A DNA stretch of 64,000 nucleotides from Bugula neritina. Its lineage: Eukaryota; Animalia; Bryozoa. Position numbers and translations under genes: made by a program. Position 1 is the stretch's first letter, and every line of letters begins with the position of its first letter. This document shows, piece after piece, positions 13,859 through 28,590 of this stretch. The notes below the pieces were generated by a model. That model was not told where the DNA came from. It worked only from the letters and a program-made list of their open reading frames with translations, and did not search any database. The DNA lies in contig OZ037767.1 of assembly GCA_964035545.1 (NCBI GenBank), forward strand, positions 1,933,680-1,997,679, written 5' to 3'.

Positions 13859-15581
13859 GAGAATGAACTGATGTTTGCCCAGCCGTATATGGGGGCCTTG
13901 CCCCCAGATGGTGCGTATAACCCTGGATATGGAGCCCCTAGTGCTGGCAGTATGAAGATGGTGCGTATAACCCTGGATATGGAGCCCCTAGTGCTGGCAG
14001 TATGAGCAGGTCAGTATATTCACACTATACACTAGTATATTCACACTATACACTAGTATATTCACACTATACACTAGTATATTCACAGTATACACTAGTA
14101 TATTCACACTATACACTAGTATATTCACACTATACACTAGTATATTCACACTATACACTAGTATATTCGCACTATACACTAGTATATTCGCACTATACAC
14201 TAGTATATTCGCACTATACACTAGTATATTCACACTATACACTAGTATAGTCACACTATACGCTAGTATATTCACACTATACGCTAGTATATTCGCACTA
14301 TACACTAGTATATTCACACTATACCCTAGTATATTCACACTATACGCTAGTATATTCACACTATACGCTAGTATATTCGCACTATACACTAGTATATTCA
14401 CACTATACCCTAGTATATTCACACTATACGCTAGTATATTCACACTATACCCTAGTATATTCACAGTAAACTGAGAACCAATAGCACTGAGCTGATAGCC
14501 TGTGTTCTTGTAGTATTCCCCGCAGTCAGAAGAGCCGTCATACCTACGCCCCAACTGAACCAGCCGAATCAGTGAGAGGCGGTTCCGTGGGCCGACAGTC
14601 TCGGTTTGATCAGTACAAGGCGCAGCGGTTACCGGAGAAAGTGCCGATGACATCAGACAGGTGAGTCACTCTCTAGTGGGTCTTCAGGTGAGTCACTCTC
14701 TAGTGGGTCTTCAGGTGAGTCACTCTCTAGTGGGTCTTCAGGGGAGAAACTCTGTGGTAACATCAGCTGCTTCAAGTCGGCAGCATAAGAGACATGAAGG
14801 CAGCTTGTGTTGTGTGTAGAGTTGAATGTTGCTGCTAGATAGTTGAGGTTCTTAAAATGTAGAAGCTACCAGAAGCTGTTAAATTCTGTCTATAAGTAGC
14901 TCTGGGACAATTCCATATTTAGTATCCTAAATACTCATAGCAAATGATGTGTTACTAGATCTCCTGAGAGAGAGGGTGGGACGACGTACTACCGGTATCA
15001 GTATAACGGAGAGGGGAAGAACGCTTCACATCACGGCTCACAGGCTAGTCTGGGCAGCGCGAGGGGCAGACAGCAACCCCCCTCCTACCAGGCAGCCAGG
15101 TTCCACAGGCAAACTCCTGCACAGCCAAGGTAAGTCTCCTCTGTATTCAATACTTACCTGTGATTAGTCATTTACAAATAATCACTGCAGGTTATACTGT
15201 GTGACCTTGAAAGTGCTCTCTATATGCAATATGGGCTCTCTTACTTCCTGTTCCTTTAGCCTCTGTCTGTTTACAAAAGTTTTCTCATAATGAAGTCTGT
15301 TATGAAATTTGCTGTGGGAATCTTGTAGTGCCACTGAGCTGTATGGAAGTCAAGGAAGTCTAGGAGGACGTCAACCATACCAGCCTCAGCACCACGCTAG
15401 CCAGGGAAGTCTAGGGGGACGTCAACCATACCAGCCTCAGCACCACGCTAGCCAGGGAAGTCTAGGAGGACGTCAACCATACCAGCCTCAGCACCACGCT
15501 AGCCAGGGAAGTCTAGGAGGACGTTATGGTCAGCGTTTTCAAGTTGCTGATACCTCACACAGCAAAGACAGCGAAGTGTAG
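13859..15581 (+). CDS. Alternative 3' exons of the 4-TM gene encoding a long low-complexity tail ending -DSEV
   Basis: Exons 13859-14009 (phase-0 start, matching donor 10775), 14514-14660, 14960-15128, 15329-15581 chain in phase 2 only if one copy of a 50-bp duplication (13906-14005) is removed: ENELMFAQPYMGALPPDGAYNPGYGAPSAGSMS|SIPRSQKSRHTY...|SPEREGGTTYYRYQY...|ATELYGSQGSLGGRQPYQPQHHA(x3)...HSKDSEV*. Confidence 0.6.
14010..14466. repeat. 21-bp minisatellite (AGTATATTCACACTATACACT)n
   Basis: About 21 copies starting at the donor GT 14010; explains ORFs 13988..14653 and 14002..14250. Confidence 0.95.
15345..15524 (+). repeat. Coding 60-bp tandem repeat x3 (SQGSLGGRQPYQPQHHA)
   Basis: In-frame repeat inside ORF 15309..15581. 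Confidence 0.85.
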
Positions 15582-16485
15582 TTTTTAAAAGAGAGAGTAA
15601 CTCCCATTGCATTCCATTCAGCCTTCACCTTTATATATTCCTTTTATTTTAAGGTTTTATCTACTTTATGAGTTTATCATTATGGTATTGTATTTTATTA
15701 TTGTGTCTTTCTATCTAGTAAGTTTTTATTCAACAGTTACACACATTCCAATGTTTTTATCTCTATTCAATTTTTGTACAAATTTGAGTAAATGTCAATC
15801 TACGATGTTTTAGACACTGCTGGGCGATATAAATTTTATAACTTTTTAAACAATAAAATATTATCATATTGGAATTTTGTCTTATAATATAGGAGCTAGG
15901 TAAATGGAATAGTTACATGGCTTTTTCAAATCATTTCGTGAAGGCGATATTGAGGACTTCCTACTAAAAATCTTTTAATTGCTTGTTTGTTTTATCTAAA
16001 TTCTAATTGAAGGGAAAAACATTAAAATAAGGAAATTTAGCATTGATTATAATATATAATAGTTTTATTTCAATGACAATATATTATACTGAGCTCACAG
16101 CTGGTGATTTGCTGCATAATGGTTCAGATTAAGACCTGAAGACTACAGTCTGAGGCTGTGTTGGTGATAGAATGATTGTTTTAGATGCATGCAAACATCT
16201 CGATGTACCAGCATGCAACAATAAAGAAATTTTCAATGCTCAAGACAATAGTTTTCGACTTGATAAGTTTCTCATAGTGGCTGTTTGTATTGTTAAACTT
16301 CATGATATTACATAACGACACATCACAATTTTGTAGCCTCAGAATGAACAGCTTTGAATATCTCTACGTGGACCTTCTTGCCCTCACATTTCTAACCATC
16401 CGGTTACTTGGATATCTTGTCAATCAGTTGTGTGACCGGGTTGCAGATTCTCTACTCCTCTACAGTTGAGTTCGGACTCTACACT

Positions 16486-20763
<4,278 letters not shown>

Positions 20764-22695
20764 ATGAGTAACTGTATACCAGTGACGTTTCACAATTTCT
20801 AGTGTGTTGATATAAATTAAAACACTCAACAATCAATCACATGGATATTCGTGGTTTCTAGCTACTTTGAAAAGCATCAGACTTGCGATGTTTAGTGAGT
20901 AGTGCCCAATTGAATATATTATTTTGTTACATATGCCATGCTACCTAAAATATAATTTGATGAATAAAATATAATTTGCCTAATAGCACAAAAGCAATAC
21001 GTTGCAGAGTTTAATTAATGACATTGAGTAATATTGATGGATTTAATAGAACATGTAAGCTGGTATTCTAAGTACATTTTGTTGTACATTAAGTTGCTGG
21101 GAATTTTAGTGATATTTACATCGTATTACGTAATAACGGTGAACCCTTGGGTTTAGATCAGATGGGCAACGTACCACTGAAAGTCGTAACAAGGTGGGTT
21201 GTGTACGTCTCACAAAGGAATGTGTCTACCCGCTCATCATTTCATAAAAACCATGATAAGGATAAGTCACCGCTGGTGCATTGTTGCGTTAAGTATAATC
21301 ATGAACATACAATAAAAAGGTGTGCAAATATCTTTGTCAGCATTATTTTAGCAATAATAAGATAAAGTTGTTTATAACACAATTATTTTTAATTTTAATT
21401 TATTTTCAAAGCTTTTGAGTTAAATTTCTTAACATTTAAACTTTTCAGAATTAAGATTTAAGTTTTATAATAAATAAGTTAGAGTTATCCCCCTTTGCGA
21501 AATATTAAACCATTTTGCCCGTGAGATGCAGTTGACTGTTACTACCACTTTAACCTGTTGACTCGTACATTATGTAGATAGAAGAGGTGTGAATGGCTCT
21601 TACTTTACAAAAACAAGAAGCCATGTTGCAGTAGCTTTTTGGCAGCTTTTCAAAAACCATTGCATAACGAAAGCTATTTGTGAAAGCTTTCGTGATAGCT
21701 ATTTACTGACAGTTTTTGTTCGATGAGTCAGTGTAGCTTAATTTTCCTCCTGCTAAAGATGCAGGCAATCTATACTTAATTGTCAAAATAATTGTAAGTA
21801 TCAAGTATTATATTATATTTTGAACTTCATTAACTAAATGTTTTGTCAGCTATGTAATTAATGCTAAGTTAACAATATGTTTGTAATTTTCATGGTTATA
21901 GGTTACAGTACGAGTACAAGTATGAGTATGAGCCTAAGTATGAATGTAAGCTCAAGTATGAATGTGAGCTCAGGTCTAAGTCAAACTTAGAAAATATACT
22001 GTTGGCAACAGATAAAAATAGAGTTGTGGCCTGCATCTGTGTCCTCCATCCATTCATTGTTCATTAAGTGAATCACAATACATAGGCATCCGTGCCAAAC
22101 AGCACCTGTGCTGAAACAGCAACAATTATCAGCTGATACATTAACCACTATCGGCTGTCACAATGAGAAAGTAGCATATATGAAGCTCTTCTACTGTAAC
22201 AAAAATATACTGCTATTTAGGAATTTCATTAGTCAAAATTTTATAATTTACTTCTTTCACCATAAAAACAATGATTCTCCTAGTATAATATTTAATAGAT
22301 CCTATAAAAGAACTAGCAAATAAACTTTCTTTGCTGCTGCACCTGAATGATGGTTAAAGAACACAATATTTCAGATAGTGACTCTAATACGAAACTACAC
22401 ACAAGCTCGGCCCACATGCAGTGGTTTATGGGAATATAATTTAATTATATTCCACTTCAATGTTAAATGTTTCCAAAGTGCACTATTTATCACACTTGTC
22501 ACTTTGACCTTATATGCTATACAATCTTCGCCCATTGGCCCTTTCAAATTGTGTCAACTATAACCTTAGGCTTATCACGTTGCTCTGCAGCGGCTTAATC
22601 TCCTACTAGCTAGTTACAGTGGCAAGCTGTTTTACTGATGCAAATAGCCTTCGTATTCACCCAAATATAACCTTGCACAAGCTGTTATTACTGCA

Positions 22696-25600
22696 ATGGA
22701 CGCACCGAACACTTCCAGCCTTAGGGATGTTTCACCTCGTCTGGAAATGCTGTCAGGTAAACCTATTCCTCAAGTTGGTCTCGGAACATCAAGAGTAAGT
22801 GTTAACTTTTCCTACATTTAATTTTAGGGTTTTCAGTTCCAATTTATAACCACAATAATGACTGATGTGGGTTTTAAAATAGTGCATCCATCAGCCAAAT
22901 CATTAAGTTGTTACTAACAATGTCCATATTGGTTTTGCAGACTGGGCCCAAATGCACTGAAGCTGTGAAGCTAGCTATTGAAGCTGGTTACAGGCACCTG
23001 GATACAGCCCAAACTTACTTCACTGAGACAGATATTGGTGAAGCACTTGCAGAGTTGATAGATTCTAATCAAGTTACTAGAGAGGAGATGTTTATCACCA
23101 CTAAGGTACAAGTTATTAGCTATATTTGGTCATATGTGTAATTTACTATCAATTATTGTTATTGATGTTAATATTACTACTAGGTAAATTATTAAATTTA
23201 GTATTGAATGATTTTAAGTAATACAAATAATATTAAAAGTAAAGAGCATATTGTAATGGCTCATGGAAGGGGGGAACTCATCTGCCCCCTTGCTTGACAT
23301 GTATTATATAGTTTATAGTGGTCGCGTTTCGGTCCCAGTCTTTCCGCTTCACGTGCGGCAAGCCACGTGCGTGGATGCATAACACTGGAATCTACCCGCC
23401 AATTAGCACTGACATTTAACACGTGATTTAACACTTATAAACAGCCGGTGCCCACAGCAGTTGAGGACCACGCTAATAACTAGATAGTTAACCTGCACTT
23501 GTCTTCTATCGACTGATGTAACCTCTTTTGTTCTGTATCTTATGCAACTAATATAATCTTATCGTTCAGATCAATCCGCTCGGTTCTGTTATAACATCGC
23601 TAATGATGCAGTAGTCAACCACGCAATAATACCCACGAAACTACAATATTTGGTTATAGGTGACTCCATTTAGTTCGTAATTGTTGGGTAATGTTTGCTA
23701 TAACACAGAAAGCATTCAATTTGTTTTCTATAAGTTTAGAAATTTCTTTAAATAATACATTATAGTCATGCACTAAATGCGTGCTTCATAACTGTTAGAC
23801 CTGATTAAACTGTTATGGCACAGATGAGCTAATACATATTTTGTTAAAATTTGTCCATTTGGTATTGATATTTTTCTTAACCATTTTTACTCTTCTAACA
23901 TTGCTATTGAATGATAGCGGTAAACTATGTGCCATAAGTTAAAGTTGCTATGCTACAGAAGTAAACTTAAGTATATATGACAAGATTATAAAATTATCTT
24001 TTTTCTGTAGATTGATGTTATTTAACTTACAAATGACTACCTGCAGAAAATTTAATATATAAAATAAAAATAGTTTCTGACTCCAGCTTTCAGGTGGATC
24101 TGGACAACCTCATAGAGTTAGAGAGCAAACAGAGATCTCTTTAGGAAAATTAAAGACTGGATACATTGATCTACTATTGATACATTGTCCTGTTATCTGC
24201 TCTGTAAGTTAACACTATATTCATGAGAGATTACGTAGAGTTGTGCCCTCCTTAATTTCTCACTCATCAACCAAAAGCATTAAATATAAAACTATAATTT
24301 TATGAAATATATATAATATATTATGATCACCTTGAAACTGACCAAATAATTAAATTATAGCTAAAGAGATTTCTCAGTGATGGGGTTAGTTTATGTTACA
24401 TCTTTATTTAAAGCTGACATGGCTGTACCATTATTTTAATGCAAAACTTTAAAACAACAGTTTTTATAATTATGATTGAAATCATGCTGGGTGAAGATTT
24501 TACAACACTAGTTAAATAATAGCTGACTCATCACATTTATATAGTATTTAACCATTTACATAATATATCTTGACTATCAGCTGCATGAAACTTTAGGGTA
24601 GTATACCTAAGCATAACATGTTGGTTTTGTTTAGCCCAGACGTGTTCAGTGGCATTGTAGAACTAAAATTTTCCCAAATAAACCAGCAAATTAGAGATAC
24701 AAAAAGTTACATGCAGCTAGTTTTAATAGCATATATTTTGTGGTTGAATTTTCATAATTTTACACAAGTTACAATAGTGAGATATTTCTCTGATTGGCTG
24801 AGTGTTACATGGTCTGTTAGGGCAACATGCATTAAACATATTAAATTCATTTAAAGTAAAATCGCATTGGCAGAAGATATGCATTTATCATTTGCTACAT
24901 TAACAGCAGGCTAAATTATATATCTATAATATATTTGCAGGCTTATATATTGGTGTGCAGCTGTTTTATATTTTATAGGATGAAATGTTGGATAAAGATC
25001 CCCCTGTATTTTTTCCTCGTGATGAAAATAACAAAATCATCATAACAGACACGGACTACCTAGATACTTATAGGGTGAGCAACTCTAAATATAATATTCT
25101 AAATTGCATAAAGCAAATGTTTCCAATGTCTTCCAGAGACATAAAGTTTAAGTCGATCATAAATAAACATTTTGGTCATCGAAATAAAAACAGATTTTGC
25201 TTCATCCAAGATTCAATATGGAATCCTTAAAAGTTACCATGACTTTTTGTTTATATCTCTAATACTCTTTTCATATGTTTTAAACAGGAAATGGAGAAAC
25301 TCGTGGATGAGGGACTCGTGAAAGCTCTCGGCGTGTCAAATTTTTCCATAAAGCAAGTTGAACGACTCTGGAATGCAGCAAGAATTAAACCAACCAACAA
25401 CCAGGTACTCTGGTCTAGTCTATCACCAATTGTCTTTTCCACGAGCAGTTGCTGTATAAAATCTTACTGAGTGTATTATTTCTATCTATTTCACGAGTGG
25501 GTAACTCCTAAGAACTCATATTGTACTTCTAAGAACTCATAACATAATTGTAGATAGAGTGCCATGCGTGGTTTCCTCAGTATGAGTTGGTTGAATTCTG

Positions 25601-26698
25601 TCAGAAGAAAGGAATGACCGTCTCTGCATACTTTCCTTTAGGTGCTCCGGTGAGACCGTTCTATGCGACGTACGTTATTCTAGAACTTTCTAGTCAGACT
25701 CTCTCTTTACTGAGGGTGAAGTGTTTTATATATAAACTAAATTCCATGTAACAAAGAGCACAGGCTGTGAATGGATGAATTCTAAACAATCAAATGAAAA
25801 TCTTTAGTTCTCAGCTAGGTTTAAAAAATATGTTTGCGTGGTGTACAGATCTTTAGACTAAGTGAATTTAGTAAGCTAATGCAGAGTTTTCCAATATTAT
25901 TAGGCATTTGAATAGAGTTGATTCAATAAACTAGAACTGGTTGACATCTAAGTTGAAAGTTAGAATAGACTAAGCAATAGCCATGTGTGCTTCATATTAT
26001 AAAATAAGTTGCTTATAAATATTCCAATAAGAAAATTTATTTTATATGGTCTCTCCTCTACCAGTCAGGATGAGGAAATTCTCTTACAAGAACCAATCAT
26101 TGTTGAGATCTCTGAAAGACTAAACAAAACTCCAGCTCAGATTCTCTTGCGGTTTCTTGTCCAGAGAAATATTGTGGTTGTACCAAAGAGTGTAAACAAG
26201 GACCGTATAGCATCAAATATACAGGTGCAGTCTTTGTGTAGATAGAATAACATTTATGGTATAATAAAAAGTGTAACCAAGAACATGGAGGGAATGAAAA
26301 ATATAGCATTTGTCTCTAGAAACTTAATACTTTAAGACTTTGTTTATATTGAGTTATCAATTTACATTTACGATGATCTTAGGTATCTTATGTTTCTATT
26401 GCTGAATTAGAGAGATTAATGGTTTTCTCCATGTATTATTAGTTTGATCAAAATATTAAACAAACATTATGAAAAGCTAAGAAGGCGATGATGAGGTCCA
26501 TTTCACTATAGCCTAGCTAGTCATGCGCAGGCAGCGCAAGCTGACAGCAACCCTACACAAAAACTTTTTGTTTTTTTTTGTCTCTTTCAGTTGTTTGACT
26601 TTTCTCTGAGTGAATCAGATTTAGAAAAGATTAAACTGGTCAACAAAGGGAAGATGTTGATGCCACCTGGTAATCCTCTATTTGGTGTGGACAAGTAG
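22696..26698 (+). CDS. Aldo-keto reductase family 1-like protein (paralogue A)
   Basis: Exons 22696-22794, 22941-23105, 24087-24203, 24979-25074, 25288-25404, 25554-25669, 26065-26224, 26591-26698. Motifs [76 protein letters not shown]; catalytic Asp/Tyr/Lys/His present. Confidence 0.92.
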
Positions 26699-27229
26699 CG
26701 ACAAGTGTCATAGTTGTCCTCTATTTGGTTTGGACAAGTAGCGACAAGTGTCAACTGTGACAACTGCAATTTTCTAATCTATTCCTACACTATGCATTCT
26801 TTATTTTATAATTATTGTCACAATGTTTTTGTACCCCTTTTACTAAAGTAAGACATAATGGAAGGAAATATATTATGAAAAGCTCAAGAAAAAGTTTAGT
26901 GTACTAGATTAGATACATGTGTACCTCCATATTGAAATATATGTTGGACAGAAGCTGTGAGTGCTGATGTATTATACAGTATTATATTGTGTAACAATTA
27001 AAAGTTTTCATAATTTAAGTTTGTTATGCAACTGATGAGCATAGGGTTATTAAAGTGTTTTAGTGAAATTTATTTTATAATTTAAATTATTTTTTACAAC
27101 AAAACTATAATTTATGCAAGTATGATTTTTTATGCAAATCAGAAATAAAATAGTTTTGTTGTAGAGGACAGTATTTTTAAATCAGACAGAATAACTTTAT
27201 TTGAGTATAACTGCGATTGGGACACATAC

Positions 27230-27621
27230 TGTGGTAAATTTATGTTGTGTGTGTGTGTCCTTTGTTGCCGAGATCGGTACTTCGGTCCTCCGAAACACCG
27301 ATATGCCGATTCTCGGCATATCGGAATACCGAAGTACCGAAATGCCGGATTCGGCATTTCGGATTCCCGAAGTGCCGATATTCGGTATTTCGGGCCTCCG
27401 ATCTCGGCAAACAAAGGAATGTCTTTGTCCTGCATGTATATAAAAGCCAGCGAGTTCCAGTATAGTTCAGTCTACTACTGGAGCTCGCTGGATAAAGACC
27501 ATTGATTCACTCGGACTATACTACAATAAAGATTATCTACATTCTACCTTATTTCTCGCCTTGTTTCTTATACAAGCATGTAACAGCACTAGTTTCATTC
27601 ACAATCCACAAAACTATCACA
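27230..27621 (+). repeat. 5' LTR (392 bp)
   Basis: TGTGGTAAA...CTATCACA; TATATAAAA at 27437-27445, AATAAA at 27525-27530; appears identical to the 3' LTR (offset 7602). Confidence 0.97.
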
Positions 27622-27622
27622 T

Positions 27623-27642
27623 TGGTGGCAGCAGTGGGATTC
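27623..27642 (+). promoter_or_regulatory. Primer binding site, tRNA-Leu type
   Basis: TGGTGGCAGCAGTGGGATTC one base after the LTR; complementary to a tRNA 3' end ...GAATCCCACTGCTGCCACCA, typical of eukaryotic tRNA-Leu(AAG/TAG). Confidence 0.85.
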
Positions 27643-27672
27643 TACGAATAGCTAGTTGCTAAGAGAAATAGG

Positions 27673-28572
27673 ATGGCCCCAGGGGACCCAGCCCCTGAGG
27701 CAGCAGCACCACCAGCCCTCACTATTGAGGCGCTGGTCACAGCCCTCCAGGGATTGCGGGGGCAAGGACAGGCAGCACCTGGTGACAGGTATCGCCTCCA
27801 GCCCCCGACTTTCGGAGGAGATGGAGACGTGGAACAGTTCATCCAGGAGTTCGAGGACGTGGCCGCCACCGCTGAATGGCCAGTACGGGTGCGCGTCCTC
27901 CAACTCCGGGCCTGTCTGACAGGCCGGGCCAGGAACTTCGCACTGGGACCCGACGAAGCCCACATCCTGCGGGCTCTTAGGGCCCGGTTCGGGTTGACCA
28001 CGGAAGAGGCGACAGACCAGCTACAAGTGATGAGGAGAGACCGAAGGACATCTCTGGAAGATCACGCTAACGAGGTAGAGCGCCTGGCTCAGGCTGCTTT
28101 CGGTCACGCCACTGGCGACGATCGGAAGCGCCTCGTTTTTAACGCGTTCTTCCGGAGCGTGAACCACCCGGACCTCCAGCGGTACTGGCTAGCCGCAAAA
28201 GTCAAGAGCCTGGACGAAGCACTAGAGATGGGGAAGGCCTACTTCCAGGTGGAAGAGCCACGGAGGGCGAACTACGCAGCTCGCCAGGTGGCCGGAGATG
28301 CAGAAGAGGTACCCCCAACCCCACAAGTGGCAGCAGCAGCTACCCCGTCACCTGAGCAGACGCAGCTCAACATGCTGATGAGCATGATGAAAGGCCTGCA
28401 GGCTACAGTGACGGAGTTGCAGCGCAACCAGACGGACAGGCGGGCTCCCCGCTCGCGGGACGACCCTGTCCGCCCCCCTATGCCCACTTGCTGGGAGTGC
28501 GGGATGCCAGGACATGTGAGAAGGCACTGCCCTAAGGGACAGAAGCCTTTAAACACCCGAGGCTCACGGTGA
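27673..28572 (+). CDS. gag: Gag (capsid-like region plus CCHC zinc knuckle)
   Basis: 299-aa ORF after the PBS; PTFGGDGDVEQFIQEFE...W...LRACLTGRA capsid-like motif; CWECGMPGHVRRHC knuckle. Confidence 0.93.
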   Translation: MAPGDPAPEAAAPPALTIEALVTALQGLRGQGQAAPGDRYRLQPPTFGGDGDVEQFIQEFEDVAATAEWPVRVRVLQLRACLTGRARNFALGPDEAHILRALRARFGLTTEEATDQLQVMRRDRRTSLEDHANEVERLAQAAFGHATGDDRKRLVFNAFFRSVNHPDLQRYWLAAKVKSLDEALEMGKAYFQVEEPRRANYAARQVAGDAEEVPPTPQVAAAATPSPEQTQLNMLMSMMKGLQATVTELQRNQTDRRAPRSRDDPVRPPMPTCWECGMPGHVRRHCPKGQKPLNTRGSR

Positions 28573-28590
28573 ATTCCGCCACCCGTGGGC
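28548..28590 (+). promoter_or_regulatory. -1 programmed ribosomal frameshift signal
   Basis: T TTA AAC heptamer in gag frame (28548-28554), 6-nt spacer, then stem GGCTCACGG/CCGTGGGCC; pol is in the -1 frame, open across the site and without its own ATG. Confidence 0.8.

Noticed and set aside
14010-14466. CRISPR-like array
   Set aside because: Head-to-tail repeats without unique spacers, in a eukaryotic intron, with no cas genes.
13988-14653. 221-aa YSVNILV-repeat ORF and similar repetitive ORFs (24..221, 3832..4014, 10269..10484, 59110..59586)
   Set aside because: Arise from stop-free intronic minisatellites.
27139-27505. Overlapping ORFs in the LTRs (also 34572..35107)
   Set aside because: By-products of the GC-rich palindromic U3; no recognisable domains.
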